IMG/VR virus record: IMGVR_UViG_2788500025_000001
Span: 36,163 to 100,162 of that record
Reading direction: 5' to 3' (one strand)
Length of the DNA: 64,000 nt
DNA from: a virus
Below are positions 1 through 9,799 of the stretch, piece after piece. Position 1 is the first letter of the stretch. Each line of letters opens with the position of its first letter. The notes below the pieces were generated by a model that searched no databases, was not told the origin of the DNA, and was given only the letters and a program-made list of their open reading frames with translations. The position numbers and the translations under genes were made by a program.

Positions 1-1
1 C

Positions 2-817
2 GGCGGTGACTACTTCCACATCAAGTCGCCCGGTCGGAACAGCCATGCGCTCGTCAACCGGACGGCAGAGCACCACAGCACCTACCCGTGTCCGGTCTAC
101 TGCACTCCGGGGAACCACGACGCGGTGTACGGTGACTACTCGTTCCTGCCCCAGCAGCCGTTGGGCGTCCTGTTCAGCACGGGCGTGTTCAAGCGGCTCT
201 ACGACGAGCACGAGGTCGTGTTCACCCAGGACGGGATCACCGTCCGTGTGGTTGGCATCCCGTACCACGGGACCACCTACGACATGGAGCGGTTCACCCG
301 CATCGAGAAGGGCGACGAGGACATCTTGATCTGCGTGGCCCATGTGCTCGCCTCCCACAAGGGCGGCACCATGTTTGAGGGCGAGGACATCATCAAGTAC
401 GCCGACCTCGTGGACACCGCGCCCGACGTGTACTTGTTCGGCCACTGGCACAAGGACCAGGGCGTCGAGGAGATCGGCGGCAAGCAGTTTGTGAACATCG
501 GCAGCCTGACCCGTGGGTCACTTTCGCAGGACAACCTGGACCGGATCCCCTCTGCGGCTGTGCTCCGCTGCACCGAGCAGGGTGTTGAGATCGAGGTCAA
601 ACCACTCAACGTCCGCCCTGCCGAGGAGGTATTCGACGTGGAGGGCCGCGCTCGCCAGGTCAAGCGACAGGTGGAGATGGACTCGTTCGTCGAGGCTATC
701 CGTGAAGCCCTCCAGCCAGCCGAGGGTGAGCAGACGCTGGCTGATGCGGTGTCAGGCATGGACAACGTGCCTCACGAGGTCCGCGAGCGAGCGTTGGCGT
801 ATCTGGAGAGCGCATGA
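2..817 (+). CDS. SbcD/Mre11-like calcineurin-type DNA nuclease (5' partial)
   Basis: Frame is open from the window edge: GGDYFH, PGNHD, AHVLA, LFGHWH and NIGSL metallophosphoesterase motifs. Confidence 0.85.
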   Translation, partial: GGDYFHIKSPGRNSHALVNRTAEHHSTYPCPVYCTPGNHDAVYGDYSFLPQQPLGVLFSTGVFKRLYDEHEVVFTQDGITVRVVGIPYHGTTYDMERFTRIEKGDEDILICVAHVLASHKGGTMFEGEDIIKYADLVDTAPDVYLFGHWHKDQGVEEIGGKQFVNIGSLTRGSLSQDNLDRIPSAAVLRCTEQGVEIEVKPLNVRPAEEVFDVEGRARQVKRQVEMDSFVEAIREALQPAEGEQTLADAVSGMDNVPHEVRERALAYLESA

Positions 818-1761
818 AACCAGTAACTCTGGCCCCCGGCATCGGTGACAACGCGCCCACGGCTGCCCTCTACTACGGACAGGACGTTCGGGATTCCCTT
901 CGGCTTCTCTCCGATGCCTCTGTTCACACTGTGTGTACGAGTCCCCCCTACTTTGGGTTGCGGGACTACGGAAAGGACGGGCAGATCGGACTGGAGCCGA
1001 CTCCTGACGAGTTCGTTGAATCTCTGGTCGAGGTGTTTCGTGAGATCAAACGGGTGCTCCGTCCCGATGGGACATTGTGGGTCAACCTCGGTGACTCCTA
1101 CAACAACCGCTCTGTCGCTCGCCCTTCCTCCCACCAAGGTGGGCTGGGGTTCAAGAACGACAGCATCCAGACCTCATGGGCAGACCATACAAAGGGGGGT
1201 CGGACTCGTTTGAGCCTTCGGACAGAAGGGTTCAAGGAAAAGGACATTCTGGGTATCCCCTGGCGAATGGCCTTTGCCCTCCAGCAGGACGGCTGGTATC
1301 TCCGACAGGACATCGTTTGGCACAAGCCCTTTTGTATGCCCGAAAGCGTTCGCGACCGTTGTACGAAGTCCCACGAGTATGTGTTCCTGTTGGCGCATCC
1401 CGACAGTGGAGGCCGCTACTACTACGACGCAGATGCCATCCGTAGACCTACGGGAAACAAGCGTTCGGTGTGGTCGGTGAACCCGAAGCCCTACAGGGGC
1501 GCTCACTTCGCCTGCTGGCCTCCCGATCTGGTTCGTCCCATGATCCTCGCTGGGTGTCCCGTAGGAGGCACGGTCCTCGACCCCTTCTCTGGATCGGCCA
1601 CTACCGGCATGGTGGCTCTCCAGGAGGCTCGCAACTACGTTGGGATCGATCTCAACTCCGACTACCTCGGTCTGGCACAGGCTCGTATTGAAGGCCGCAA
1701 GGCTCCGCAGCCTGTGGAACCGGATTCGGAGCGAGACATCTTCGACTTGTTTGGGGGGTAG
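814..1761 (+). CDS. DNA methyltransferase, N4-C/N6-A beta class
   Basis: TSPPY catalytic motif precedes the VLDPFSGSATT SAM-binding motif. Confidence 0.92.
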   Translation: MKPVTLAPGIGDNAPTAALYYGQDVRDSLRLLSDASVHTVCTSPPYFGLRDYGKDGQIGLEPTPDEFVESLVEVFREIKRVLRPDGTLWVNLGDSYNNRSVARPSSHQGGLGFKNDSIQTSWADHTKGGRTRLSLRTEGFKEKDILGIPWRMAFALQQDGWYLRQDIVWHKPFCMPESVRDRCTKSHEYVFLLAHPDSGGRYYYDADAIRRPTGNKRSVWSVNPKPYRGAHFACWPPDLVRPMILAGCPVGGTVLDPFSGSATTGMVALQEARNYVGIDLNSDYLGLAQARIEGRKAPQPVEPDSERDIFDLFGG

Positions 1762-1783
1762 GAGGCCGCCTTTCTCTCGGGTG

Positions 1784-1798
1784 CGGTGGAGTGTCTAT
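1784..1798 (+). promoter_or_regulatory. Near-match to late motif (CGGTGG-N5-CTAT)
   Basis: One mismatch to consensus, 28 nt upstream of ORF 1826. Confidence 0.45.
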
Positions 1799-1825
1799 TG
1801 AGCCCACCCCTGATGAGAGAGCACT

Positions 1826-2617
1826 ATGGAGCCTTGCGACCTAAACCCTGACAGCATTTCACTTCTGGTGAAAGGCCACTTGCTTCCCAACAGCGAAGGA
1901 GAGGGCTGGCGGGAGACATGGGGCTCTGAGTGCCTGTTGCAGGAGGGGGTCACGTTGAGGATTCCCTATGACCCCAACGAGATCAACGCGACTGAGGTGT
2001 CTCCTCAATCGGAGGATGGTCCTCCACTCACAGAGGGTGATGACCCGGCTGCGGAAGTCCGCAGCCGGGAAGTGGACCCTTCAACCGACCCGGTAGCCGA
2101 TGCTCCCCCCGAGGATCAGGCACCGCCCCCAAACCAAGAGGAGGCTGACATGCCTGATGAAACCCCGTCCCCAGCAGAGACCCCAGCAGAGACCCCAGCA
2201 GAGTTGGCCGCCTACGAAGCAGTAGACCCGGCACCCAATCTTGCCGGTGATCTCAACGCCCTGGCCCAAACCACGGGAGGGGATTCACTCCTCACCGTCA
2301 TTCTGGCTCTCGTCGCGGTGCTCGGTGGTGGCGCTGCGTGGAAGTTTTACCGACAGCACTCCGAGCAGAAGCATGAACAGGAGATGCAGAAGATGAAGTT
2401 GGAGGCGAAAGCGAAGGGCATGGAAGGCCAATCCCCCGGTCCTTGTCAGCAGGTCCACGCACAGTTGAAGGCTGAAGTCGAAGAGATGAAGTCTCGTTTG
2501 GACAAGGTGGACAAGAAGATGTTGGTGAACGCGGACTTCGATGGGGATGACGCAGAGCGTCGGATCCGTAAGTTGGAGAAGTGGCGGAAAGCACTCGAAG
2601 AAGATGAGGATGAGTAG
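1826..2617 (+). CDS. Hypothetical single-pass membrane protein with coiled coil
   Basis: Acidic Pro-rich N-terminus, TM LLTVILALVAVLGGGAAW, charged coiled coil; alternative start 2150 with GAGGAGG RBS. Confidence 0.7.
   Translation: MEPCDLNPDSISLLVKGHLLPNSEGEGWRETWGSECLLQEGVTLRIPYDPNEINATEVSPQSEDGPPLTEGDDPAAEVRSREVDPSTDPVADAPPEDQAPPPNQEEADMPDETPSPAETPAETPAELAAYEAVDPAPNLAGDLNALAQTTGGDSLLTVILALVAVLGGGAAWKFYRQHSEQKHEQEMQKMKLEAKAKGMEGQSPGPCQQVHAQLKAEVEEMKSRLDKVDKKMLVNADFDGDDAERRIRKLEKWRKALEEDEDE
2169..2203 (+). repeat. Tandem 12-bp repeat CCCCAGCAGAGA x~3 (PAET)
   Basis: Read directly; in-frame coding repeat. Confidence 0.9.
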
Positions 2618-5600
2618 GCTTCTCGCCGTTGCCGCGATCTTGATCCCAACCTCCGCATGGGGGTTGGAGGTGGACTCGTCTGAGGTCACACTTCCTGCGA
2701 CCACTTCAGCCACAACCGAGTTGTGGGAGAGCATCACCTTCGGGACGGCCTTCACCGACGTTCCGGTGGTCATTACCTCGCCAGGTCCGAGCACGGGAGG
2801 GCAGCCCTTCACGATCCGCATCCAGAACGTCACCACGACGGGTTTTGAGGCTCAGATCGTAGAGGCCGAAGGCACGTCCGGCCCCACCCACTACGCGGTG
2901 GACATGACCTACATCGCGATGGAGGAGGGGGTCCACGGCCTTCCTGACGGGTCCTTGATCGTCGTGGGGACCACCTCGACAACGGCTGAACAGTACGCCC
3001 CGAATCACGGGCTGACGGGCTCATGGGAGACCGTTTCGTTTGGGGCTTCCTACGCCTCTGCTCCTGTTGTCCTCACACAAGTGCAGACCACGGTGAACGA
3101 AACAGGCGCTGTGCCCGTGGACTACTCCACGCCCTTCTACACCGTTGCCGTGGAAAGCGTGACCACCACCGGATTCGATGCGGCGCTGGAGAGGTCCGAG
3201 GCCACCACCGGCACTACCGCACTCGACGAGGACATCGGTTGGATCGCGATCACGCCCAACACCGATGGCTCCCTGACAGCCACAGACGGGTCAACGGTGC
3301 TGTGGGAAAGCCTGCTGATCCCTGCTGCCTCTACGTCCATCGGCAAGGACGACGGGTGTACCACTGAATCCCTCTCTGCCAGTTTCGCCTCGACTGCCCC
3401 GGCTGTTGTCTCCCTCAACTCTCGGAACGAGAGCGACGGGGGCTGGGCGATTGTGTGCTCACTCTCCACTACTCAGATCGGCTACGCCATTGACGAGGAC
3501 TGGTACTACGACAGCGAGCGGTCCCATGTGGGGGAAGAAATAGGGGCGCTCCTCTTTGAGAGTGGGATCATCGACCTCGACCTGGACGCTGACGACGACG
3601 GGATCGACGACACCGTTGAGGACTCTCTCGGCACCGACTCGGCTGATCCTGACTCCGATGGTGACGGGTGGTGCGATGGGGTTGTCGATGTCTCCCCTGA
3701 TTGTGTAGCGGGAGAGGACGCCGCGTCGGGCACCGACTCTGACGGAGATGGGGTGCTGGACGCCCTTGAGACCGACTCGGACAATGACGGGGTGTTGGAC
3801 TCAGCGGAGGACTTCACCACCGATGTAGATGGGGATGGTCTTCCCACCATTCAAGACCCCGACGACGATGGAGACACCGTCCTCGATGGGGTCGATGCGT
3901 GCCCCGGCTACGATGACACCGTGGACTCGGACTCCGATGGTGTGGCGGATGGTTGTGACCCATGCCCTCTCGACCCGTTGGACGACGCCGATGGGGACGG
4001 AGTGTGCGCCGACATCGATCCTTGCCCCCTGGACAACCCAGACGACTCGGATGGAGACAGTGTGTGTGACACCGACGACGTATGCCCCGGCTACGACGAC
4101 CTGGTGGACACCGACGCAGACGGCGTGCCTGATGGGTGTGATCCCTGCCCCCTCGATGATCCAGACGATTCCGATGGGGATGGGATCTGCGACACCGACG
4201 ATGTGTGCCCTGGATTCGACGACCTGACCGACACCGATGGCGACTCCGTCCCTGATGGCTGCGATGTATGCCCCCTGGACAACCCCGATGACTCGGACGG
4301 CGACGGGGTGTGTGACTCGGATGATCTCTGTCCGGGGTTCGATGACACCCTTGATGGCGACTCTGATGGGGTGGCTGATGGGTGTGACCCGTGCCCAGTG
4401 GACCCGCTCGATGACTCGGATGGCGACGGCTCCTGCGACTCCGACGATCTCTGTCCGGGCTTTGATGACACGGTTGATGTCGATGGGGACGCCCAGCCCG
4501 ATGCGTGTGATCCGTGTCCCCTGGACAACCCCGACGATTCTGATGGGGATAGCGTCTGCGACTCAGACGACATCTGCGAGGGTGGCAGCGACTTCGACGA
4601 CGAGGACGGTGATCTCGTCCCTGATTTCTGCGATGTGTGTTGGGGTCACGACTGGGCTGGCGACACGGATGGCGACGGGACGTGTGACGACCTTGACGTG
4701 TGCCCGAATGATCCGCTGGATGACGAGGACGAGGACGGGGTCTGTGGCGACGAGGATGCGTGCCCCGGCTACGACGACTCCATCGACGCCGATGGGGACG
4801 GCCAGCCGTGGGGTTGTGACCCGTGCCCCCTGGACAACCCTGATGACACGGATGGGGACGAGATCTGCGACTCCGACGACCTGTGTTGGTTGGACCCCCT
4901 CAATGACGAGGACGACGACGGCTACTGTGGGGACATCGACAACTGCCCCGAAACCCCCAACGAAGATCAAGCCGACCTGGACGAGGATGGGATCGGGGAT
5001 GCGTGTGACCCAGAAGATGACCGCCCTGACACAGGTGACCCAGAAGACACTGGAGACACGGGATCGGAAGACACGTCACTCCCTCGTGATCTCGCAGGTG
5101 GTTGGGATTGCTCTGGGTGCTCTACGGGTGGAGGGAACCCCCGCACCGCGCTCTACCTGCTGCCTTGTTTGGGGGTGATTCTCCTTCGACGCCGACGCCG
5201 AACTTCTCTGTGGGGGGTTGCGGGGGCACTCCTTCTCACCGCCCCTCTCTTGATGGGGGCAGACGGCCAGACCTATCGGGTGCCGCTCGGGGACACCTAC
5301 ACCCTGCTCGACTCACCCATGCGTGCCGAGCAGGGATCGTTTCGGGCTGTCGGAGGCTATGCGTGGGCACCGTTGGTCTTACGCGCAGAGGAGACAGGGC
5401 TCGCAGACGACATGCTTTTGGAGCACCTGGTCCATGGTGACTTCCGGTATCAGCGCCGCATCGGCACACCGAAGGCGGGACTGGTCCTGGGAGGGGACGT
5501 TCCAATCCGCTACGCGAAGGACTACATCGGCGGCATGGCCAATCCACGGCTATCTGTCGGCTTCACCGGACACACCCCGTGGGTTGGAGCGGTGATTCGC

Positions 5601-6269
5601 GGTTCGGGGATCCTCCCTACTGGAACGGAGGGCAGTCCGTGGGGGGTTGAGGGAGAGGCTACGGTTGGCCTCTACCGCCCTCAATGGGGAGTGGCTGTAG
5701 GGGTTGGCGGCATCTACCGTCCTGAGGAGCCCGCCTTCCGCACCAAGGCAGGCTTCTACCTCGGTCCTGAATCCGCACGCTTTACCTCGGAGTGGGTGGG
5801 CGAGTTCGGGGTCCACTCTCCTTCCGAAGTGATCGTAGGAGGACGGTTCCAGAAGGGTCTGGTGGTCGTGTCCCCGGCTCTGGGCATCGGGGTGAACGGA
5901 GAGGCTGGGACTCCGCGCCTCCGTGGGCTCCTTTCCCTGTCCATTCAGCAACCTGCCCCTGCACCCCCTCCACCCCCGGTAGAGCCCCTTCCCGTCCCCG
6001 AGGCGCAGGTGGTGTCCCTTCCCGACTCCGTGTTCGGCAACCTCAGTCAAGTGGCTGAGGTGCTCGTGGTTTCTCCTGACTTGAAGATCCGGGTGGAGAT
6101 CCACGCACAAAGCAAGTGGGAGCCCGCCGAGGCAGAGCAACGGATCTCTGCATTGGAGAGGACGGTGACGGAGTATCTTGTGGGAGAGGGCGTGGACCCG
6201 GCCCGGATCAGCGTGGAGGCTCGCGGAGTGACAGGTTCGGACTGGATCGACATCGTGGTGACCGAGTAG
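2610..6269 (+). CDS. Large secreted protein: lectin-like N-terminus, TSP type-3-like Ca-binding repeats, internal MYXO-CTERM-like segment, beta-barrel and degenerate OmpA-like C-terminus
   Basis: Signal peptide MSRLLAVAAILIPTSAWG; DxDxDGxxDxCDxCP repeats; GGWDCSGC..LLPCLGVILLRRRRR; C-terminal YLVGEGVDPARISVEARG. Confidence 0.8.
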   Translation: MSRLLAVAAILIPTSAWGLEVDSSEVTLPATTSATTELWESITFGTAFTDVPVVITSPGPSTGGQPFTIRIQNVTTTGFEAQIVEAEGTSGPTHYAVDMTYIAMEEGVHGLPDGSLIVVGTTSTTAEQYAPNHGLTGSWETVSFGASYASAPVVLTQVQTTVNETGAVPVDYSTPFYTVAVESVTTTGFDAALERSEATTGTTALDEDIGWIAITPNTDGSLTATDGSTVLWESLLIPAASTSIGKDDGCTTESLSASFASTAPAVVSLNSRNESDGGWAIVCSLSTTQIGYAIDEDWYYDSERSHVGEEIGALLFESGIIDLDLDADDDGIDDTVEDSLGTDSADPDSDGDGWCDGVVDVSPDCVAGEDAASGTDSDGDGVLDALETDSDNDGVLDSAEDFTTDVDGDGLPTIQDPDDDGDTVLDGVDACPGYDDTVDSDSDGVADGCDPCPLDPLDDADGDGVCADIDPCPLDNPDDSDGDSVCDTDDVCPGYDDLVDTDADGVPDGCDPCPLDDPDDSDGDGICDTDDVCPGFDDLTDTDGDSVPDGCDVCPLDNPDDSDGDGVCDSDDLCPGFDDTLDGDSDGVADGCDPCPVDPLDDSDGDGSCDSDDLCPGFDDTVDVDGDAQPDACDPCPLDNPDDSDGDSVCDSDDICEGGSDFDDEDGDLVPDFCDVCWGHDWAGDTDGDGTCDDLDVCPNDPLDDEDEDGVCGDEDACPGYDDSIDADGDGQPWGCDPCPLDNPDDTDGDEICDSDDLCWLDPLNDEDDDGYCGDIDNCPETPNEDQADLDEDGIGDACDPEDDRPDTGDPEDTGDTGSEDTSLPRDLAGGWDCSGCSTGGGNPRTALYLLPCLGVILLRRRRRTSLWGVAGALLLTAPLLMGADGQTYRVPLGDTYTLLDSPMRAEQGSFRAVGGYAWAPLVLRAEETGLADDMLLEHLVHGDFRYQRRIGTPKAGLVLGGDVPIRYAKDYIGGMANPRLSVGFTGHTPWVGAVIRGSGILPTGTEGSPWGVEGEATVGLYRPQWGVAVGVGGIYRPEEPAFRTKAGFYLGPESARFTSEWVGEFGVHSPSEVIVGGRFQKGLVVVSPALGIGVNGEAGTPRLRGLLSLSIQQPAPAPPPPPVEPLPVPEAQVVSLPDSVFGNLSQVAEVLVVSPDLKIRVEIHAQSKWEPAEAEQRISALERTVTEYLVGEGVDPARISVEARGVTGSDWIDIVVTE
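3580..5010 (+). repeat. Coding array of TSP3-like DxDGDGxCD repeats
   Basis: Degenerate Asp/Cys-rich units, roughly 21-aa half-period and 42-aa period. Confidence 0.85.
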
Positions 6270-6357
6270 ACCCCTACCCAGACGCCCTGGATGGGGGGCT
6301 TTGGTGTAGAGGGGGTGGGTAAAGTAAGGGAGTGTCACACGCTCACCTGAGGCCCAC

Positions 6358-7278
6358 ATGAACCTGCAATCGACTCTCTACTGGTCCACCCTCAAGATGT
6401 TTGAGGAGTGCCCACAGAAGTTTGTCTGGTCGAAGGGTTGGGATCAGTACGACTGCGGTCACGGCCCCGGAAACCGCAAACCGAAGCCTGAGCAACGGTC
6501 CCGACACCACGCTGTGTACGGCATCACGATCCAGCAGGCTGTCGAGGACATGTACAACCAGAAGTTGTACCGGGATCCGAAGACGATGGTCTCACGGATG
6601 CTGGAGATCGGGAAGAAGGAGTTTGACCGTCAGATCGACAAGCCGAAGAACAACATTTCCTACTCGGAGGCTCGCATGACCCGAGCCGAGATGTGGGACA
6701 TGTGCGCCAGTGGGATCACGGGATTCGTCCAGACCATGAAGGCCCACCGATTCCTCGGCACCTACGCCAAGGCCGAGGTGGACCTGGTGGGGTGGATCGA
6801 CAAGAAGAACCCCATCGGAGGCCGAGCAGACACCATCGTCAAGCGCAGCGACACCGGCATCACGATCATCGACGGCAAGAACACCAAGTACAAGATGAAG
6901 TACACCGACCCGGACCAGTTGAGGTGGTACGCCTTGCTCTACAAGTTGCTCTACAGGGTCCTTCCCGACCGTCTGGCCTACGTCTGGTACAGATTCCCCT
7001 ACGACCAGGCCACAGGAGAGGAGGGTGTCGAGTGGGTTGAGTTTGACGAGGCGGATCTCCAGGGTCTTGCCCAGCGGGCGCTCGACGCGAAGACGGCCAT
7101 GCGTGCCGAGAAGTTCGACCCCACCCCCTCCCCGAAGGTCTGCAACTTTTGTGACTTCCTGACGGTCTGCGATGCACGGCGCAAGCAGAAGGCCGCCAAC
7201 TCTGCGAAGCGGAACAAGAAGTCCCGCATCAAGGAGATCACCGAAGCGACAACCGGGTTCGTGGACCTGACCCTGTGA
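6358..7278 (+). CDS. PD-(D/E)XK Cas4/RecB-like exonuclease
   Basis: N-terminal ECP; GRADTIV..IIDGK catalytic motif; C-terminal CNFCDFLTVC cluster-type cysteines. Confidence 0.85.
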   Translation: MNLQSTLYWSTLKMFEECPQKFVWSKGWDQYDCGHGPGNRKPKPEQRSRHHAVYGITIQQAVEDMYNQKLYRDPKTMVSRMLEIGKKEFDRQIDKPKNNISYSEARMTRAEMWDMCASGITGFVQTMKAHRFLGTYAKAEVDLVGWIDKKNPIGGRADTIVKRSDTGITIIDGKNTKYKMKYTDPDQLRWYALLYKLLYRVLPDRLAYVWYRFPYDQATGEEGVEWVEFDEADLQGLAQRALDAKTAMRAEKFDPTPSPKVCNFCDFLTVCDARRKQKAANSAKRNKKSRIKEITEATTGFVDLTL

Positions 7279-7339
7279 GTCCGCGTAGGGGGGGTGCGTG
7301 CCGACCCGGTTGGGTATGTCCCCCCATAGGGAGAATGTG

Positions 7340-7612
7340 ATGTCTGATCTGGACGAACGATTGAAGAAGGCCATCGCTTTGCGTGATCGCCTGAGTGCTG
7401 AATCCCAGCGGATTCAAGGCCGCAAGGATGCAGCAGACAAGGCTCTGTCCGCCGTAGAGGACGAGATCCGCTCAAAGAACCTCAGCCCGGACACCCTGCA
7501 AGAAACCCTCGATACCCTCGGGGTCGCCTACGAAAAGGAGGTCGCCTCTTTTGAGGCTGCCCTGGCGACCGCACAAACCGCCCTGTCCCCTTACCTGGAG
7601 AATGACGCATGA
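7340..7612 (+). CDS. Small coiled-coil protein (possible SbcC arm segment)
   Basis: Heptad-like helical sequence; GGGAG RBS. Confidence 0.6.
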   Translation: MSDLDERLKKAIALRDRLSAESQRIQGRKDAADKALSAVEDEIRSKNLSPDTLQETLDTLGVAYEKEVASFEAALATAQTALSPYLENDA

Positions 7613-8760
7613 ACATCGAAGTCGCAAAGTCGGACCTTGAGGTCGCCCTCAAGAACGCATCCCTCACGGTCGGATCGGGATCCGACCTGTCCTCCCACTA
7701 CCTGTTCCGCCACCACGAAGGTCAGATGGAGGTGCTGTCCTACGACATGCGCGTCTTCAGCCGTGCTCCGTTCACCGCCACCGTCGAAGGTGGGGATGGG
7801 GATGCCTTCACGGTCGAAGCCTGGCGGCTCGACAAGTGGATCGCCTCGGTAGGTGATGGTGTGCTCACGTTGACTTGTGACGACCAGGGGCAGGTCACCG
7901 CAAAGGGACCCCGCTCCAAGATCAAGTTGCGGAGCCTGGATGCCAGCCGCTTCCCCTACTGGGATGGTCTCATGACGCAGGCCGAGGATGTGGGGGACGT
8001 TCCCCCCTCGACTCTCTACCGTGCCCTGAACCTGACCAAGCACTTCGTGTCCTCCGATGACACCAGCCGCCCTGAGATCTGTCAGGCGGAAGCCTCGGGA
8101 GGAGTCCTCAAGGCAACCAACCGTCGCGCTGTGTCGTGCGTGACGATGCGCGACCTGCCTGGCCTGGACCTACGGATTCCCGGCAAGGACCTCACGGTGG
8201 TCCTCAAGTTCCTCTCCGACAAGACCACCCAGGAGAATGACGTGGCCGTCAAGCAGGCCAGTCGTCCTGACGGATCAGGTGGGGGTGCAGCATCCATCTT
8301 CATGCGCCCTGACGGCTCCTACGTCGGGGTCAGCCGCCCCACGGTGGCGATGCCGAAACTTCCCGTGGAGGTCGAGGAGTCGGATGTCACCCTCTCCCTC
8401 TCCGTGGAAGAGTTCAACGGCGCGGTCGATGTGCTGCTCGCTGCGGCCCCGAAGGGTCATGCTGCGGTTTCCTTTTCGGCGAGCGACGAAGGCACTCTCT
8501 ACCTGTCGATGCCTTCCGAGGCAGGAGGCATTGACGAGTACCCGATGATCCAGTCCACGGCTACGGGGCTCAACGACACTTCCTTCAAGATGGACTACTC
8601 CTACGTCGGCCATATCGCGGACATGTTCGACCTCGATTTCGTCACCTTCGGGGTGCATGAGCGAGGTCGTGGTGGGTATGTCTCCTTTGCCTACGAGGAC
8701 GAGGGAGCCACTGAGGACTCGGGCAACCACTACTACACGGTGATCGTTTGGCACTCGTAG
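7609..8760 (+). CDS. DNA polymerase sliding clamp, DnaN/beta-clamp-like
   Basis: 383 aa, the size of a three-domain beta clamp; N-terminus MNIEVAKSDLEVALK and ATNRRAVS resemble DnaN; lies near DnaX. Confidence 0.7.
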   Translation: MNIEVAKSDLEVALKNASLTVGSGSDLSSHYLFRHHEGQMEVLSYDMRVFSRAPFTATVEGGDGDAFTVEAWRLDKWIASVGDGVLTLTCDDQGQVTAKGPRSKIKLRSLDASRFPYWDGLMTQAEDVGDVPPSTLYRALNLTKHFVSSDDTSRPEICQAEASGGVLKATNRRAVSCVTMRDLPGLDLRIPGKDLTVVLKFLSDKTTQENDVAVKQASRPDGSGGGAASIFMRPDGSYVGVSRPTVAMPKLPVEVEESDVTLSLSVEEFNGAVDVLLAAAPKGHAAVSFSASDEGTLYLSMPSEAGGIDEYPMIQSTATGLNDTSFKMDYSYVGHIADMFDLDFVTFGVHERGRGGYVSFAYEDEGATEDSGNHYYTVIVWHS

Positions 8761-9389
8761 AGCAATACAACCAACTCACGCGGTCTTTGGCCCGAGTCGA
8801 GGCGTTGCGGGATGCGTCCCTCAAGGCCCTCTCGGAGTCGCAGACCCAGGTGGCTGTGTTGGAGGCTGAGGAGGAAACCCTCAGCCGCGTGGCAGACCTG
8901 TTTCGTGTCTTGATCGACCGAGAGGTCATGGACAACGCGAAGACGGTCGAGAGCCTCCTCACCGAGGGCTTGCAGGCCATCTTCGACGACCTGGACCTCT
9001 CCGTGCGGACGGAGATCGAGGTTCAGCGGGGCAAGGTCGCCGTCGATCTGGTGACTGTCCAGAAGCAGTCGGACGGGACCACCATCGAAGGCAGCAGTAC
9101 CGACGCTTGTGGCGGCTCTGTCTCCACGGTTCAGTCAGTCCTGCTCCGCATCGTGGTCCTAAACCGGCGCGGCCTGCGCCCCCTCCTGTTGCTGGACGAG
9201 TCCCTGGGGGCTGTGGCAGAACACTACGTCCCCCGTGTCGGGCAGTTCCTTTCCGTCCTGGCTGACAGGATGGGGCTGGACGTGCTGGCTGTGAGCCACA
9301 ACCCGGCACTGGTCGAGGCCGCCAACACCGCCTACCGCATTCAGAAGAAGGACGGCAAGGCGACCTTCCGCAAGATCGGGAGGAAGTGA
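8748..9389 (+). CDS. SbcC/Rad50 C-terminal ATPase half
   Basis: Coiled coil, then ACGGS signature, LLLLDESLGAV Walker B/D-loop and AVSHN H-switch; no Walker A. Confidence 0.85.
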   Translation: MALVEQYNQLTRSLARVEALRDASLKALSESQTQVAVLEAEEETLSRVADLFRVLIDREVMDNAKTVESLLTEGLQAIFDDLDLSVRTEIEVQRGKVAVDLVTVQKQSDGTTIEGSSTDACGGSVSTVQSVLLRIVVLNRRGLRPLLLLDESLGAVAEHYVPRVGQFLSVLADRMGLDVLAVSHNPALVEAANTAYRIQKKDGKATFRKIGRK

Positions 9390-9799
9390 CCATGAAGGAC
9401 GCCAGCGAGATCCAGCAGAAACTCAAGCAGGCCAAGTACCGGCATGTGAAGCGGATCTTGCGTCGGCGGTTTCCTTCCGGCCAGGACTGGCCGAAGGACG
9501 AGGTCGAGGAGATCAAGGCCGAGTACCGGACCTTCTTCCAGGAGGCTCCGATCCACGAGATCGCCAGAGATTTCCCCGACGTTGCAGCCCTGATGTGGGT
9601 CCTGGAAGACCAGCCGGATCAACCCCTGGCCGTCAACGGCACAATGGTTGGTGCGATGGGTGGGGTCATGCTGTGGGCTGACTCAGACGACGAAGCCGAC
9701 GCGGCAAGGGCCATGATCGACAAGATCGTGGATGCTGCGGTTGTCTCCAACACCCCTGCACCTGTGAAGCAGTCGTGGTGGCAGAGGTTGTTTGGATGA
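9386..9799 (+). CDS. Hypothetical protein
   Basis: Overlap-coupled ORF with coding-like composition. Confidence 0.65.
   Translation: MTMKDASEIQQKLKQAKYRHVKRILRRRFPSGQDWPKDEVEEIKAEYRTFFQEAPIHEIARDFPDVAALMWVLEDQPDQPLAVNGTMVGAMGGVMLWADSDDEADAARAMIDKIVDAAVVSNTPAPVKQSWWQRLFG

Noticed and set aside
2541-2609. ORF-track start of the TSP3 protein
   Set aside because: Overlaps the upstream gene; ATG 2610 gives a clean signal peptide
3580-5010. Periodic DNA that might suggest a CRISPR array
   Set aside because: Repeats are degenerate at third codon positions and encode TSP3-like peptides; there are no identical repeats with unique spacers
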